This document shows, piece by piece, positions 1 to 10,415 of a DNA stretch of 64,000 nt. A program made the position numbers and the translations under genes. Source of the DNA: a virus; the IMG/VR virus record IMGVR_UViG_3300022920_000004, positions 35,001 to 99,000 of that record; one strand, written 5' to 3'. How positions within the stretch are numbered: position 1 is the first letter of the stretch; the number at the start of each line of letters is the position of its first letter. The notes beneath the pieces were generated by a model. It had not been told where the DNA came from. It saw only the letters and a list, made by a program, of their open reading frames with translations, and did not search any database.

Positions 1-1391
1 GGTATATTACGTTCTTTAGCTTCTAACACTTTAGTTAATTCAGGATTTCTTCTAATATGAAGTCCTTTAGCATCATCATCAACATACACATTAGCAGCAA
101 TAGGTTCAATACCTTGTGATAAATTACCAGCAAGTTTTGAACTACTTCTATTAGGTGCTATAGCCATCAATGTTAAATTTCTCCTATTGTATCCTTTAGT
201 CCATTCAGGTTCACCATACAATTCAGCTAATTTTGTAGTAGCTAATTCAGCTTGTTTACGAATTAAACCAAATATTTTATTAGTTTGCCCAATAGCATAT
301 ATTGATATAAAAGGTATCTTTTTACTTTGTAAATAACTATGCCAACCTAAAGTTCCTAATCCTAATGCTCTTGATTTTTTAGCAAATCTAACAGCATCAT
401 CAATACCTTTAATATGTTCACCTTTATTAATAAATTCTTGAATTACAGCATCTAAAAAGAATATTGCTAATTCAACTGTATCAGTATCTTTCCATTCATC
501 AAATTTATGTAAATTCATAGAAGATAAACAGCATACTAAAGTATGATTTTCATCAGTGGGTAAAAATATTTCTGAACATAAATTACTATGATGAACTTTT
601 AAATTATGCTTTTTCCAAAATTCAGGTAAATTTCTATTAGCATTATCTTTAAACATTGTATAAGGTTCACCTGTTTTAACTCTCTTTTTAAGAGTAGCTA
701 ACCAACGTTTACGTTCTCTACCATTAGAAGCTTTTACAGCATGCATAAAACTATCAGAAATAACAGCCCCTTGATGTATATTATGACATTGCCTGTTTAT
801 ATCACCTTTAGGTTCTCTAACTTCTAAAAAATCATCATAATCATTATGCTCAATATCAAGATACATTGCTACAGCTCCTCTACGAGTTGAACCTTGTTTA
901 CTTGATATAATTGTACTATCATATGATTTCATGAATGGAATTACTCCATCAGATGTACCTAATAAACCATTTTTAATTAGTGTACCAGCACTTCTTAAAG
1001 GTGTAAAATCATAAGCAGTTCCTCCACCATGTTTAGATAACATTCTTAATTCAAGTTCTTTACGACCTATATCATGCATATCATCGCCAACTCTACCACT
1101 AAAACATGATATTGGTAAACCTTTATTTGTACCAAAATTAACCATAACTGGAGTTGAAGGAATTAACCAACCATTCCAAAATATATGAAAAAATTTACTT
1201 TCTAATTCAGGATTATTTAATAACTTACTAGCTGTTCTAGCTAATCTTTTATATGCTTGTTTAGGTGTTTCATCACCATTTAAATAATTACCTTGTATTG
1301 TTGTTAAATATAAATCATTATTCCCCCATTCAGGATAATCAACATTTACTTCCCAACCTCTGTCTTTACCTTTTTTATGTGTTTCTATCAT
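1..1391 (-). CDS. nrdA: Ribonucleotide reductase class I alpha subunit (partial, runs off left edge)
   Basis: Manual translation from ATG 1391 (MIETHKKG...) contains PISCF, QGSTRRGA, HSNLCSEI, VCCLSS and LMAIAPNRSS motifs; adjacent to beta subunit; not in ORF track. Confidence 0.93.
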   Translation of the reverse strand, partial: MIETHKKGKDRGWEVNVDYPEWGNNDLYLTTIQGNYLNGDETPKQAYKRLARTASKLLNNPELESKFFHIFWNGWLIPSTPVMVNFGTNKGLPISCFSGRVGDDMHDIGRKELELRMLSKHGGGTAYDFTPLRSAGTLIKNGLLGTSDGVIPFMKSYDSTIISSKQGSTRRGAVAMYLDIEHNDYDDFLEVREPKGDINRQCHNIHQGAVISDSFMHAVKASNGRERKRWLATLKKRVKTGEPYTMFKDNANRNLPEFWKKHNLKVHHSNLCSEIFLPTDENHTLVCCLSSMNLHKFDEWKDTDTVELAIFFLDAVIQEFINKGEHIKGIDDAVRFAKKSRALGLGTLGWHSYLQSKKIPFISIYAIGQTNKIFGLIRKQAELATTKLAELYGEPEWTKGYNRRNLTLMAIAPNRSSSKLAGNLSQGIEPIAANVYVDDDAKGLHIRRNPELTKVLEAKERNI

Positions 1392-1394
1392 ATA

Positions 1395-2363
1395 TTAAAA
1401 TAAATCATTATCGTTCCAATCTTCATTAGGTTTACTATAACCAGTTTCACGATTAGCAAAGAAATCTGTTTGCTGTTCACCTGAAACTAATATATAAAAC
1501 CACTCCATTTCATTTAATAATTGTTTATTTACATTATAAATAGGTTTTAAATTTAATTCTACTAATTTTCTATTAGCCCTATCATACATAAAATTCTTTA
1601 GTTGCTCTTTAGTAATTGTTTCTAAATCACCTAATTCAAAAATCTTATTAATATATGTAAATTCACTTTGTATTGCATAATGAATACCATCATAAACTGA
1701 TTTTCTCAATTCTTCAGTCCATAATTCAGGATTTTCCTCAATTATAGTTCTAAATATTTTACAACCAGCTTCACTATGAGTGCTTTCATCTTTTACACTA
1801 AAAATCATTTGTTGTCCTATACCAGTTAGTCTATTTGATTTCCTAAATGATAATAATACTGCAAATGAACTAAATAACTGTATTCCTTCTGCTGCTGCGC
1901 TAAATAGTGCTATACTTCTAGCTATTTCTGTTAAATTTGTTGTATCAGGATCAACATCCATTAATACTTTTAATTTAGCCATTGTAGCTTCATCTTCTAA
2001 AAATGCTTCAAAATTATCTAATCCTAATGTATCATTTAAATATGAATACGCATTAGCATGTATAGTTTCAAAAGCTCCAAAAGTTTGAGCCATCATTTTT
2101 ATTTCTGGAACTGGAAACCATTTTGGAACATAAGAACTCCAATAATCTCCAACTTCACATTCTGTTTGGGTAAATCCTTTTAAAATATTACCTATTACAT
2201 TTTTCTCTTCTTCATTTAAGTGCTCTCTCCAATCTGTAACATCATTTTGCATATTTATTTCAGTATGTAACCAATGTGCATTTTGTTGTTTAAACCAATA
2301 GTCATATGCCCATTGATATTGAAAAGGTTTGAAAGCAACTCTTCCTTCGTTAATTTTACTCAT
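1395..2363 (-). CDS. nrdB: Ribonucleotide reductase class I beta subunit
   Basis: Ferritin-like di-metal motifs ETIHANAY, EGIQLFSSF, DESTH; FKPFQYQWAY N-terminus; DFF near C-terminus. Confidence 0.95.
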   Translation of the reverse strand: MSKINEGRVAFKPFQYQWAYDYWFKQQNAHWLHTEINMQNDVTDWREHLNEEEKNVIGNILKGFTQTECEVGDYWSSYVPKWFPVPEIKMMAQTFGAFETIHANAYSYLNDTLGLDNFEAFLEDEATMAKLKVLMDVDPDTTNLTEIARSIALFSAAAEGIQLFSSFAVLLSFRKSNRLTGIGQQMIFSVKDESTHSEAGCKIFRTIIEENPELWTEELRKSVYDGIHYAIQSEFTYINKIFELGDLETITKEQLKNFMYDRANRKLVELNLKPIYNVNKQLLNEMEWFYILVSGEQQTDFFANRETGYSKPNEDWNDNDLF

Positions 2364-2419
2364 TATTTATTTTTTATTATTATAAGATTATCTTTTAACT
2401 CTATTTAATAAAAAATATA

Positions 2420-3025
2420 CTACCACATTTCTGTGTTTTTGTTTAATTTTGTTTTAATGTTTTCTAATACTTTAAAATCAAAAGTCTCATTTTCAATATC
2501 AATAATGTCACCTAATTCAGCTTCACTACTAATAACTATTTTTTGAGTTTTTGATGATAAAGATTGTTCTAATTTTTGTCTATATTTAGTTGTTTTAAAT
2601 AATATATCTTTAACTTTTGTCAAAAACGGTAATGAATTTGGATTCTCTCCATACATTACTGTCCAAAATTCTAATATCAATTCTTTTGCATCATCTTTAA
2701 ATTCTGAGTATTTACTGTTTTTTAAACAATTATATTCATGTAAATATTCTTCAGGAAATTTAAAAATGTACAAAACTTGATTACCTATATCGTACATATC
2801 TATAAATAATTCATTATTTATTAAATGATGTTCGTAGGTTGTAAATTTTGGATTTGACAAATCAAAATCATGTAATATATAAATACAATTTTCATATTTA
2901 CCTTCATTATCAACCATAAATGTGTTGTTAAGATAAGGTAAGTATTGTTTTTCTATATTTACAAGTTCTGATATTAGAGGTAAAAGGTAAGTTTTTGATT
3001 TATTGAACTTAACTTTTTTTACCAT
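2420..3025 (-). CDS. Hypothetical protein
   Basis: 201-aa ORF in co-directional operon. Confidence 0.6.
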   Translation of the reverse strand: MVKKVKFNKSKTYLLPLISELVNIEKQYLPYLNNTFMVDNEGKYENCIYILHDFDLSNPKFTTYEHHLINNELFIDMYDIGNQVLYIFKFPEEYLHEYNCLKNSKYSEFKDDAKELILEFWTVMYGENPNSLPFLTKVKDILFKTTKYRQKLEQSLSSKTQKIVISSEAELGDIIDIENETFDFKVLENIKTKLNKNTEMW

Positions 3026-3162
3026 TTAATTATTTTTTATTTGCTATATCTATAGTTGTAGGATATTTAAATAATCTACAAATATCATCAATAATGCAGT
3101 CTCCATATTCAGGATTATTATATTCTATTAATATATCTCTTAATAATTCATGTTTATCCATA

Positions 3163-4161
3163 TTAAATATTTATAAATTCATCATTAATTTTAACTAAAC
3201 CATTATTCTCGTATTGTTCTTTAGACATATTAAATACTTCATTTCTCCAATGCCATTCAATATTATCAACTAATTCAATTAATCCTCTATATTTATAACC
3301 AGCATTTGTTGTAAAGCCATTTAAAGCCCCTTTAAACCATTTATCAGTAAATTCTAATGTAGTAGGTATTTTCTCATATCTACCACAATATAAAAACTGA
3401 AATGGTAGTATTTCATAACTTTCTAAATCATTTGTTAAAGCGTAATATTGTAAAGCTAAACTATAAATAACTCCTTGTAAGTAGTATCTATATTTAATAA
3501 AGTTACTTAGAAATTCACTTACAGGTTTACTACCAGTTTTCAAATCAATACCTCTAATAGTTTTATTTACGTGGTCTATTTTAATATAATCTAAAAATGA
3601 TAAAAATTTAAAATTACCAATTTCAAAGTTAACTTCAACTTGATACTCCAAATCACCTAAAATAAAATATCTACTAAATTCATGTGTTTTTAATACACTA
3701 ACCATTTCTTCAGCTTCTTGTACTAATAAATTAGTTACTAGAGTTTTATTATATGACTCAATCATAGCTATAACATAATTATTAGCTTCTTTTGTATATT
3801 TAGCTAATAATTTAGTATCATCTTTAGTAGTTTTCCATAAACCTAGTTCTTTAATACAATTTAAAATAAAAGTATTTTCATCTGTGTTTATTTTACCTAA
3901 ATGTTCTACTAAATAATCACATAAAGTACCTAACATTGCTGTAGGTTTTTCACCATCAAATACATAATATTTATCTGTAATTTTAAAATCTGGTTGCAAC
4001 ATATCATCTACTAAACTACCAAAATCTAAAAATTCACCACTAATTTTTTTTCTATCAATTAAGGAACGTGGTCCATCCCTATCAAATTCAGATACTCTAC
4101 CAAATGAAAGTCTTAAATCTGTAATTAAATTATTTTCAATCATTGCATCATCTAACGTCAT
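3163..4161 (-). CDS. PD-(D/E)xK exonuclease (RecE/ExoVIII-like)
   Basis: FGSLVD, LDYIKID...IDLKT and YRYYLQGVIY motifs. Confidence 0.8.
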   Translation of the reverse strand: MTLDDAMIENNLITDLRLSFGRVSEFDRDGPRSLIDRKKISGEFLDFGSLVDDMLQPDFKITDKYYVFDGEKPTAMLGTLCDYLVEHLGKINTDENTFILNCIKELGLWKTTKDDTKLLAKYTKEANNYVIAMIESYNKTLVTNLLVQEAEEMVSVLKTHEFSRYFILGDLEYQVEVNFEIGNFKFLSFLDYIKIDHVNKTIRGIDLKTGSKPVSEFLSNFIKYRYYLQGVIYSLALQYYALTNDLESYEILPFQFLYCGRYEKIPTTLEFTDKWFKGALNGFTTNAGYKYRGLIELVDNIEWHWRNEVFNMSKEQYENNGLVKINDEFINI

Positions 4162-4175
4162 ATATTGTGTTTAAG

Positions 4176-4397
4176 TTAATAACCTAATTCATCATAAGCA
4201 ACTTCAATTTCATTAATTAAAGTATCTTGTACTTCATTTAAAACAGCATATTCAATACTGTCTTTTTCCATATCAATCATTTTTCTTTCAATTAATAGTC
4301 TTGCACTATTAATATTATCTTTTTTAATAAAATCATTAAATCTTATTAAATCATCTTCACCTAAAATTGGTGCTACTATTTTTGTTAATTTACTCAT
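4176..4397 (-). CDS. Hypothetical protein
   Basis: 73-aa ORF tightly packed in operon. Confidence 0.55.
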   Translation of the reverse strand: MSKLTKIVAPILGEDDLIRFNDFIKKDNINSARLLIERKMIDMEKDSIEYAVLNEVQDTLINEIEVAYDELGY

Positions 4398-4865
4398 TTA
4401 AAATATTTTTATAAATACACCATGACCAATCTTGTCAACGCTGTACCATTGTTCTGTTCTTAAATTATTTTCATTTGGCAATTCCCCATTAATTGTCATA
4501 GGTATAGGAAATACATATTTTACATTATCATCTTCTATTATATTATGAGATGTTAATAAATCTTGTATTAATTCTACACTATTACTAAAATCAAAAAGAG
4601 CTTTAGTTTTTCTTACATGATGATAACCTATAAATATAGGATTTTCTTTACCAATCATCATTTCTTCAAACTTACTTCTAAGTTTTTCTATTTCATTAGG
4701 TTTATTAGGGTCTACATAACCTTTAACTTCTTTCTTTCTTGAGTTAAAATGTTGTATTCCTAATGTTCTGATGTACTTACTAACTGTTGGGGAATGAAAT
4801 ATTCCTCTACTAGTTTTGACTTTGCTGTTTTTTAAACTTGGTACTGAACCTGGTATAAAAATCAT
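4398..4865 (-). CDS. RusA-like Holliday junction resolvase
   Basis: IPGSVPSLKNSK N-terminus; DFSN...IQDLL...IEDDN acidic triad. Confidence 0.7.
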   Translation of the reverse strand: MIFIPGSVPSLKNSKVKTSRGIFHSPTVSKYIRTLGIQHFNSRKKEVKGYVDPNKPNEIEKLRSKFEEMMIGKENPIFIGYHHVRKTKALFDFSNSVELIQDLLTSHNIIEDDNVKYVFPIPMTINGELPNENNLRTEQWYSVDKIGHGVFIKIF

Positions 4866-5086
4866 AATCGTATTAAATTATAATCATCTTCATAATCATT
4901 ATTTTCTAACCAAGTTTCTATTTCAGTTTCAGTGTTTTTAAAATTATAACTTTCAATTTCAGAGACTATAACTAACTCTAATAATGAAGTTGACACCTCA
5001 TAAAGTCTAATTAATTTACTACCTGTTGCAAATTCAAAATTATCATCAACACTAGTTTCCTTTTCTACTACATAATATAAATTCAT
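4862..5086 (-). CDS. Hypothetical protein
   Basis: 74-aa ORF, ATGA overlap with resolvase. Confidence 0.55.
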   Translation of the reverse strand: MNLYYVVEKETSVDDNFEFATGSKLIRLYEVSTSLLELVIVSEIESYNFKNTETEIETWLENNDYEDDYNLIRL

Positions 5087-5098
5087 TATATTTTATTT

Positions 5099-5257
5099 TT
5101 AACAGGATTGATCACAAGGAGCACTCCCACAAGTTTCACATTCAGTAGGTGAAAATCCACATTGTTCGTAAGCATCACCTTCTACAGTTTTACTACCACA
5201 ATCTGGACATTCACCATCTATTTCATCTTCACTATAACCACTTCCATCAAAACACAT
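5099..5257 (-). CDS. Small acidic Cys-rich (metal-binding) protein
   Basis: Manual translation MCFDGSGYSEDEIDGECPDCGSKTVEGDAYEQCGFSPTECETCGSAPCDQSC (52 aa, 8 Cys, two CxxC); below ORF-track cutoff. Confidence 0.6.
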   Translation of the reverse strand: MCFDGSGYSEDEIDGECPDCGSKTVEGDAYEQCGFSPTECETCGSAPCDQSC

Positions 5258-5377
5258 TATTCATCTTTATTTTCAGTTCTACAAATACCACACACTTGAT
5301 TACCTTCTTTTAAAGCATCCATTTTAGGAATATGTGTAGTTTCTTTATTACATTTTTTACAACGTAAATCTTTTAAT

Positions 5378-5845
5378 TTAACTTTTTTCATTATTATACC
5401 ATTTTATAAATTTTATTACTGCTTCGTAAGTGCTTTCAATTTTAGTGTTCAGTGTTGAATACAATTCAAAGTAATTTTTATCTAATACTGAATTACAATT
5501 AGTAGATAATCTACAATTATCTCCTTCTATTTCAATTATCATGTTACCGTTAAAAAGGTTTTCAATTTTTTCAACAACACCCATTAATAAATTCCAATCT
5601 GTATTATAATTTAAACTCCATTTATAATTATCATAAGGCTTTTTATCATTATAATAATCTTCATCTGCAAAACTACCAAACTTTTTCTGTTTTAGGAATT
5701 CTTCACTTGGATTTTTTACATAAATATCTGTAGTTTCCCAACCACCAGCTTTATCACCAGCTTCATATAAATCATTTTCATATTTACCATCAGGTATATA
5801 AATCCAACCATCAAATTCTGCTATTAATCTATTATTTTCTTCCAT
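5378..5845 (-). CDS. Hypothetical protein, paralog of 5832..6173
   Basis: LIAEF...DWNLLMGVVEKIE...TYEAVIKFIKWYN. Confidence 0.65.
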   Translation of the reverse strand: MEENNRLIAEFDGWIYIPDGKYENDLYEAGDKAGGWETTDIYVKNPSEEFLKQKKFGSFADEDYYNDKKPYDNYKWSLNYNTDWNLLMGVVEKIENLFNGNMIIEIEGDNCRLSTNCNSVLDKNYFELYSTLNTKIESTYEAVIKFIKWYNNEKS

Positions 5846-6173
5846 TATACCATTCTATAAATTCAATTATTGCTTTATATGTATTATTAATTTGAGGTAT
5901 GTTATCAATAATTATATTATATTTTTCTAATTCATCTAATTCACAACATATTTCTAAAATTTTACTAATACAAGGCATTAACCAATCCCAAGATTCTTTA
6001 AATCTAAGTGATGTAACATACCAAGTTTCATCTTCCATCTCATCGTAAATAAGGCTATTTAATAAATTTAATTCACTACTTGGCATCCATAATTTAATAT
6101 ATGAATTTTCACATTTTAAATTCATAAAATTAGCTATTAATTCATCACCAGATAATTTTTTCTGAGCTCCCAT
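5832..6173 (-). CDS. Hypothetical protein, paralog of 5378..5845
   Basis: LIANF...SWDWLMPCISKIL...TYKAIIEFIEWYN. Confidence 0.65.
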   Translation of the reverse strand: MGAQKKLSGDELIANFMNLKCENSYIKLWMPSSELNLLNSLIYDEMEDETWYVTSLRFKESWDWLMPCISKILEICCELDELEKYNIIIDNIPQINNTYKAIIEFIEWYNGRK

Positions 6174-6834
6174 TGTTTTCTTCTATTATTTTATTAATAT
6201 CATTAAAATGTGTACAATTCCAATCAATGTTTTTTTTAACAGCATCATTTGGGTTTGTAAATTCTAAAATATAATTATTATTACTATTTATATATTGTTT
6301 AAATGATTGAGCTTGATTACCCCATAAACAGTATATAATACCTGTATTAACCTCGCTAAGAGACTTTAATAAATATTTAATAAAGTAACTCCAATATATA
6401 GAATGACTTCCTTGTTTTCCTCTAATTGCACTTAAAGATGTGTTAATACATAAAACACCTTGTTTAGACCAATTACTTAAACCATAATCCATAAAATATA
6501 AACCATCTTTAACATTATTAGTTATACATTGCTCTATTTTAGAAAGGGGTTCACTTATGTAAACCCCATGTTTTTCTTCATTAGCAAATGCAATACCAAT
6601 ATCTTTATCATTAGCGTAAGGATTATCTCCTAATATAACAACCTTTAATTTATTATAATCAGTATCTGTAAAAGCTTTAAAAATATCCTTTTTTAGAGGA
6701 AATACTTTTTTACCACTTCTATATTCTTCATTAATAAATTTAATAAGTTTATGCATATATTTACTATCTAATAAATCCTGTCTTAATAAACTATACCAAG
6801 TATTAAATACTTGTTTTTGTACATTAAAATTCAT
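6145..6834 (-). CDS. ung: Uracil-DNA glycosylase (family 1 fold), catalytic motifs degenerate
   Basis: VFP..KDIFKAF, KVVILGDNPY, GIAF, WSKQGVLCIN, LWGNQAQ; canonical GQDPY/HPSP replaced by GDNPY/TNPN. Confidence 0.85.
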   Translation of the reverse strand: MNFNVQKQVFNTWYSLLRQDLLDSKYMHKLIKFINEEYRSGKKVFPLKKDIFKAFTDTDYNKLKVVILGDNPYANDKDIGIAFANEEKHGVYISEPLSKIEQCITNNVKDGLYFMDYGLSNWSKQGVLCINTSLSAIRGKQGSHSIYWSYFIKYLLKSLSEVNTGIIYCLWGNQAQSFKQYINSNNNYILEFTNPNDAVKKNIDWNCTHFNDINKIIEENNGSSEKIIW

Positions 6835-8566
6835 CTTCTATTTCTAAATTTTCAATTAATGCATTTACAACTTCTTCTTCATTATTATGAACTGCTACAG
6901 GTGCAATTGGTGGATTTAAACCTTCTAAAAATATTTCAATATCCCTATTTACAATAGCTTCAACATTATTTCTTCTAATATGTCTTGATGTTTCCCAAGT
7001 AAATTCTTTAATTTCATCTTGAATTTCTTTATTTTTAACAGGAACACTCCAATCTATTCTAGAATATGCAGATATTGCACTTTCATCACCTTTAACATTA
7101 CCTTGACAGTTTTGAGAATAAGTAATATCTTTTCTATCTCTAACATAACTATAAATACAACTGTATAAATTAGATTTATAAGCATTACTAAGATGAATAT
7201 TATTGTAGATGCTTTTTTCTAAAATACTATATAAGTTATTATTTCTAAAAGTTCTTTTATAATTAGACAAAATAGCTGTAGTATTATCTTTAACAAAATT
7301 AATAATACTTCCACACATTACAATATAATTAATTACTTTATTGGCTTCAAATGTAGGTGTATGAATTCTAAATTCAACAGTTTCTTTATTATCAAATATT
7401 AAAGGTAACATATTAGCCCATAAATAACGTGTTTTCACTTGCCACTTCCTATTACCATTTGGGTCTGAAGGATGGGATTTAACATTATCTAATGAATTAT
7501 AATTACCTTTAAAATCAACACCTCCAGATAAATAAGCAAATAAAACATCAAAATTATCAACAATATTTTCATTATTAATAACTTTATCCATTTGACTTAT
7601 TAATTTGTGAGATGGTAATTGTTGAGTATAATCATTTTGTTTAACTCCAAAATTATATTTCTTATATAAAGGAAATAATTCATATACATCATCTTGAATA
7701 TGAACTAAAGTTTTATATAATGCTAAAATAAATTCCATTGTTCTAGGAATACCACCTATATGTAAATGTAATGCACAATTATCATCAAAATCAGTTCTAT
7801 CTTTTAATAATTTACAAGATTCTACTACAGTTTGCAAACCTTTTTTACCAGATAAAGGTATTGTTACATATTCAATACCAGTAATACTACCATCTCTTAA
7901 AGGAATTAATCCTAATGGTTTAGCTAATCTATCAGGAATATTACCTTTAGTAGTTTCAAATTCTAATCCAAAACTTAAACCTTTAATAACATCACCATAT
8001 CTTTCAATATTTCTATTAATTTCAAGATTATTATTGTTGTAATCTTCAGTATAATTACCTATAATATTTTTACAATTATATTCTAAACTTCTTTTATAAG
8101 AAGAGTTAGGTATATGTTTTTTATTAAATGATTTTGCTTGAATACTATTTATATTATAAAATATACCATCTTGTAAACGTTCTCTAAATTTATTAGTATT
8201 TTTAAAAACATCTGACGATAAACTAATAATACAACCAATATTATTATTAACATATACATTTTTAAATTTATTAGGTGTAAAATATCCATAAATTAAATTA
8301 CCATTTATTACATCAACAATACCATTTAATAAATTACAATTATTTTTAACTACATACTCTTCAAGTTCATAGTCATATGTTATATAACCAGTTTCATATC
8401 TATAATATTTATCATTAATATAATAACAATCGCCTGAATCTATTATTTTAACATCTCCTATAATATAATAATCTCCAGATATTCTACGACATTTTGATTT
8501 ATCAATAGAAACTCCATTGATTGTAGTAACCATAACTACTTTTTTTTCTTCTATATTTTCGTTCAT
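6824..8566 (-). CDS. Putative amidoligase (glutamine synthetase-like COOH-NH2 ligase fold)
   Basis: FGLEFET, RDGSITGIEYVT, CALHLHIG, TVEFRIHTPT motifs. Confidence 0.8.
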   Translation of the reverse strand: MNENIEEKKVVMVTTINGVSIDKSKCRRISGDYYIIGDVKIIDSGDCYYINDKYYRYETGYITYDYELEEYVVKNNCNLLNGIVDVINGNLIYGYFTPNKFKNVYVNNNIGCIISLSSDVFKNTNKFRERLQDGIFYNINSIQAKSFNKKHIPNSSYKRSLEYNCKNIIGNYTEDYNNNNLEINRNIERYGDVIKGLSFGLEFETTKGNIPDRLAKPLGLIPLRDGSITGIEYVTIPLSGKKGLQTVVESCKLLKDRTDFDDNCALHLHIGGIPRTMEFILALYKTLVHIQDDVYELFPLYKKYNFGVKQNDYTQQLPSHKLISQMDKVINNENIVDNFDVLFAYLSGGVDFKGNYNSLDNVKSHPSDPNGNRKWQVKTRYLWANMLPLIFDNKETVEFRIHTPTFEANKVINYIVMCGSIINFVKDNTTAILSNYKRTFRNNNLYSILEKSIYNNIHLSNAYKSNLYSCIYSYVRDRKDITYSQNCQGNVKGDESAISAYSRIDWSVPVKNKEIQDEIKEFTWETSRHIRRNNVEAIVNRDIEIFLEGLNPPIAPVAVHNNEEEVVNALIENLEIEDEF

Positions 8567-8569
8567 TGT

Positions 8570-10414
8570 TTAATTTATTTGTAAAGTTGCTATTTTTTCC
8601 ATTTTAAGTGTTACATTTTTTAATATTTTAATAGAATCCATTGCTATTTTATTATCTCCATATTTCTCTAATTGACTTATGAAAGATGGTAATGAAATAT
8701 AAAAATTTATTAACATTTTATCTAAGTCAGCTCTTACTAAGTCATTAGTAAAATCTATTTGAGGTTTAGTTTCTTCCTTTTTATCATTTAACACTATTGT
8801 CATTAATGCAGTACTTGTTTTCAGTAAATCTTTATCTGAAACTAAATCCTTTTTCTTTTCAGGTTTAAAAGGAATTGTAGTTGCATTTCTAGCTGATTTA
8901 GTTTCTATTAAATTACCGTCTTTTATTTTATAAATTCTATCAGAACCTAACATACAATATATTCCTGTAAATAAAATACCATCTCTCATAATACCTTGAT
9001 TATTATAATGTGGAAATTTTTTTGTTATATCTACAATAGGATGTTTTGCAGCCCAAGATAATCTTTTTATATCAAGTATCATATCTCCATCTATCACAAA
9101 AGTATTTAATTGTGTAAAATCTAAATCAGTTTTAAGTTGAATACCATCAATAAAATAATATAAAGGTGGGTTAGTAATTTCTTTACCATCAATACCATGT
9201 ACAAAAGGTATAAAAGAATGTTGATCTAATTCAAACTCATCTTTTATGAAATCTCCTTGCCAAAATTCTTTATTTACAATATCATAAAATGCATCACTAG
9301 CAGCTTTAGGATCTTTTTCATCTAAAAAGTAATATCCATATCCTTTAACAAAAGTATAAATACCATTTATTAAATGACCATTTCTATAAAATCTAAGTTT
9401 ATTAAAATATACTCTACCATTATAATCATTTATATTTCTAATAGGTTTTTCATCATGAATACTAACTTTTGAAGAATTTTCAGAAGCTTTGAGCTGTTGT
9501 TTAGCTTTTCTAGCAAGTCTTCTAGTTGTAGCACCTCCTGTTATTAAATTTTTAACAGGTTCATGAGTTTTATTAAACTTATTACTATAAATTTGTTTAT
9601 ATTGATAATCATAAGTTTGCGTTGAATTAGATCTATCTACTTTAATTATAACAGCATTATCTACATCACCATCAGTAATTTTATATACTTTATTATGTTC
9701 AAATTCTCCTACATTTTTAATATCAGCACCTATAGCATAAAGTGAATCTTCTATAGAAGAAATATATAAGCTATTTTTAGATTCCTTATAATAATATAAA
9801 GGTCTTTCTTCAATATTTTCAGGAGTGTATCTATTTTTTTTACTTGCCCCATGATAACAATACATTACATTAGGTTCATTAACATTATAAAATATTAATG
9901 CTGCTGCTCCATTATAATCATTTAGTACTTTAAAATCGTTTTCTTGATGAATAATTTCTAATAATATTTCAGAATCAATTTTATTCCTATAAGTGATTAA
10001 TTCTTGTCCATTTTTTAATTCAGAAATGTCTCTAACATTTTTTTCAATACCATAATTTTCAGCAAGAACATCTTCATTATGTAAAGAGCCATTATGTACT
10101 CCAATAAAATCTAAAGTACCATCACCATTACCAAATCCAAATGGATGAGCATTTGTTTCATTATGAGCTCCACCTGTAGCCCATCTTGTATGCCCTATAA
10201 CAATTGGTATTGTTACAGGGTTTATATATTCTCTATTGTCAGCAACAAAATCTCTAAATAGTTTTTGTCCTGCTGTACCGTATTTTATAGTACCATCTAC
10301 AGTAATTCCACAAGAATGTTTACCTCTTGTTTCATTAATTATTCCTAATATATTAAATTTATCTACGTTAAAATCTTTAACGTCTTTACCAGCAAATGCT
10401 ATTACTCCGCACAT
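8570..10414 (-). CDS. Class II (Ntn) glutamine amidotransferase with C-terminal extension
   Basis: N-terminal MCG, RGKHSCG, GHTRWATGG, NAHPF, HNG, DSE. Confidence 0.9.
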   Translation of the reverse strand: MCGVIAFAGKDVKDFNVDKFNILGIINETRGKHSCGITVDGTIKYGTAGQKLFRDFVADNREYINPVTIPIVIGHTRWATGGAHNETNAHPFGFGNGDGTLDFIGVHNGSLHNEDVLAENYGIEKNVRDISELKNGQELITYRNKIDSEILLEIIHQENDFKVLNDYNGAAALIFYNVNEPNVMYCYHGASKKNRYTPENIEERPLYYYKESKNSLYISSIEDSLYAIGADIKNVGEFEHNKVYKITDGDVDNAVIIKVDRSNSTQTYDYQYKQIYSNKFNKTHEPVKNLITGGATTRRLARKAKQQLKASENSSKVSIHDEKPIRNINDYNGRVYFNKLRFYRNGHLINGIYTFVKGYGYYFLDEKDPKAASDAFYDIVNKEFWQGDFIKDEFELDQHSFIPFVHGIDGKEITNPPLYYFIDGIQLKTDLDFTQLNTFVIDGDMILDIKRLSWAAKHPIVDITKKFPHYNNQGIMRDGILFTGIYCMLGSDRIYKIKDGNLIETKSARNATTIPFKPEKKKDLVSDKDLLKTSTALMTIVLNDKKEETKPQIDFTNDLVRADLDKMLINFYISLPSFISQLEKYGDNKIAMDSIKILKNVTLKMEKIATLQIN

Positions 10415-10415
10415 A

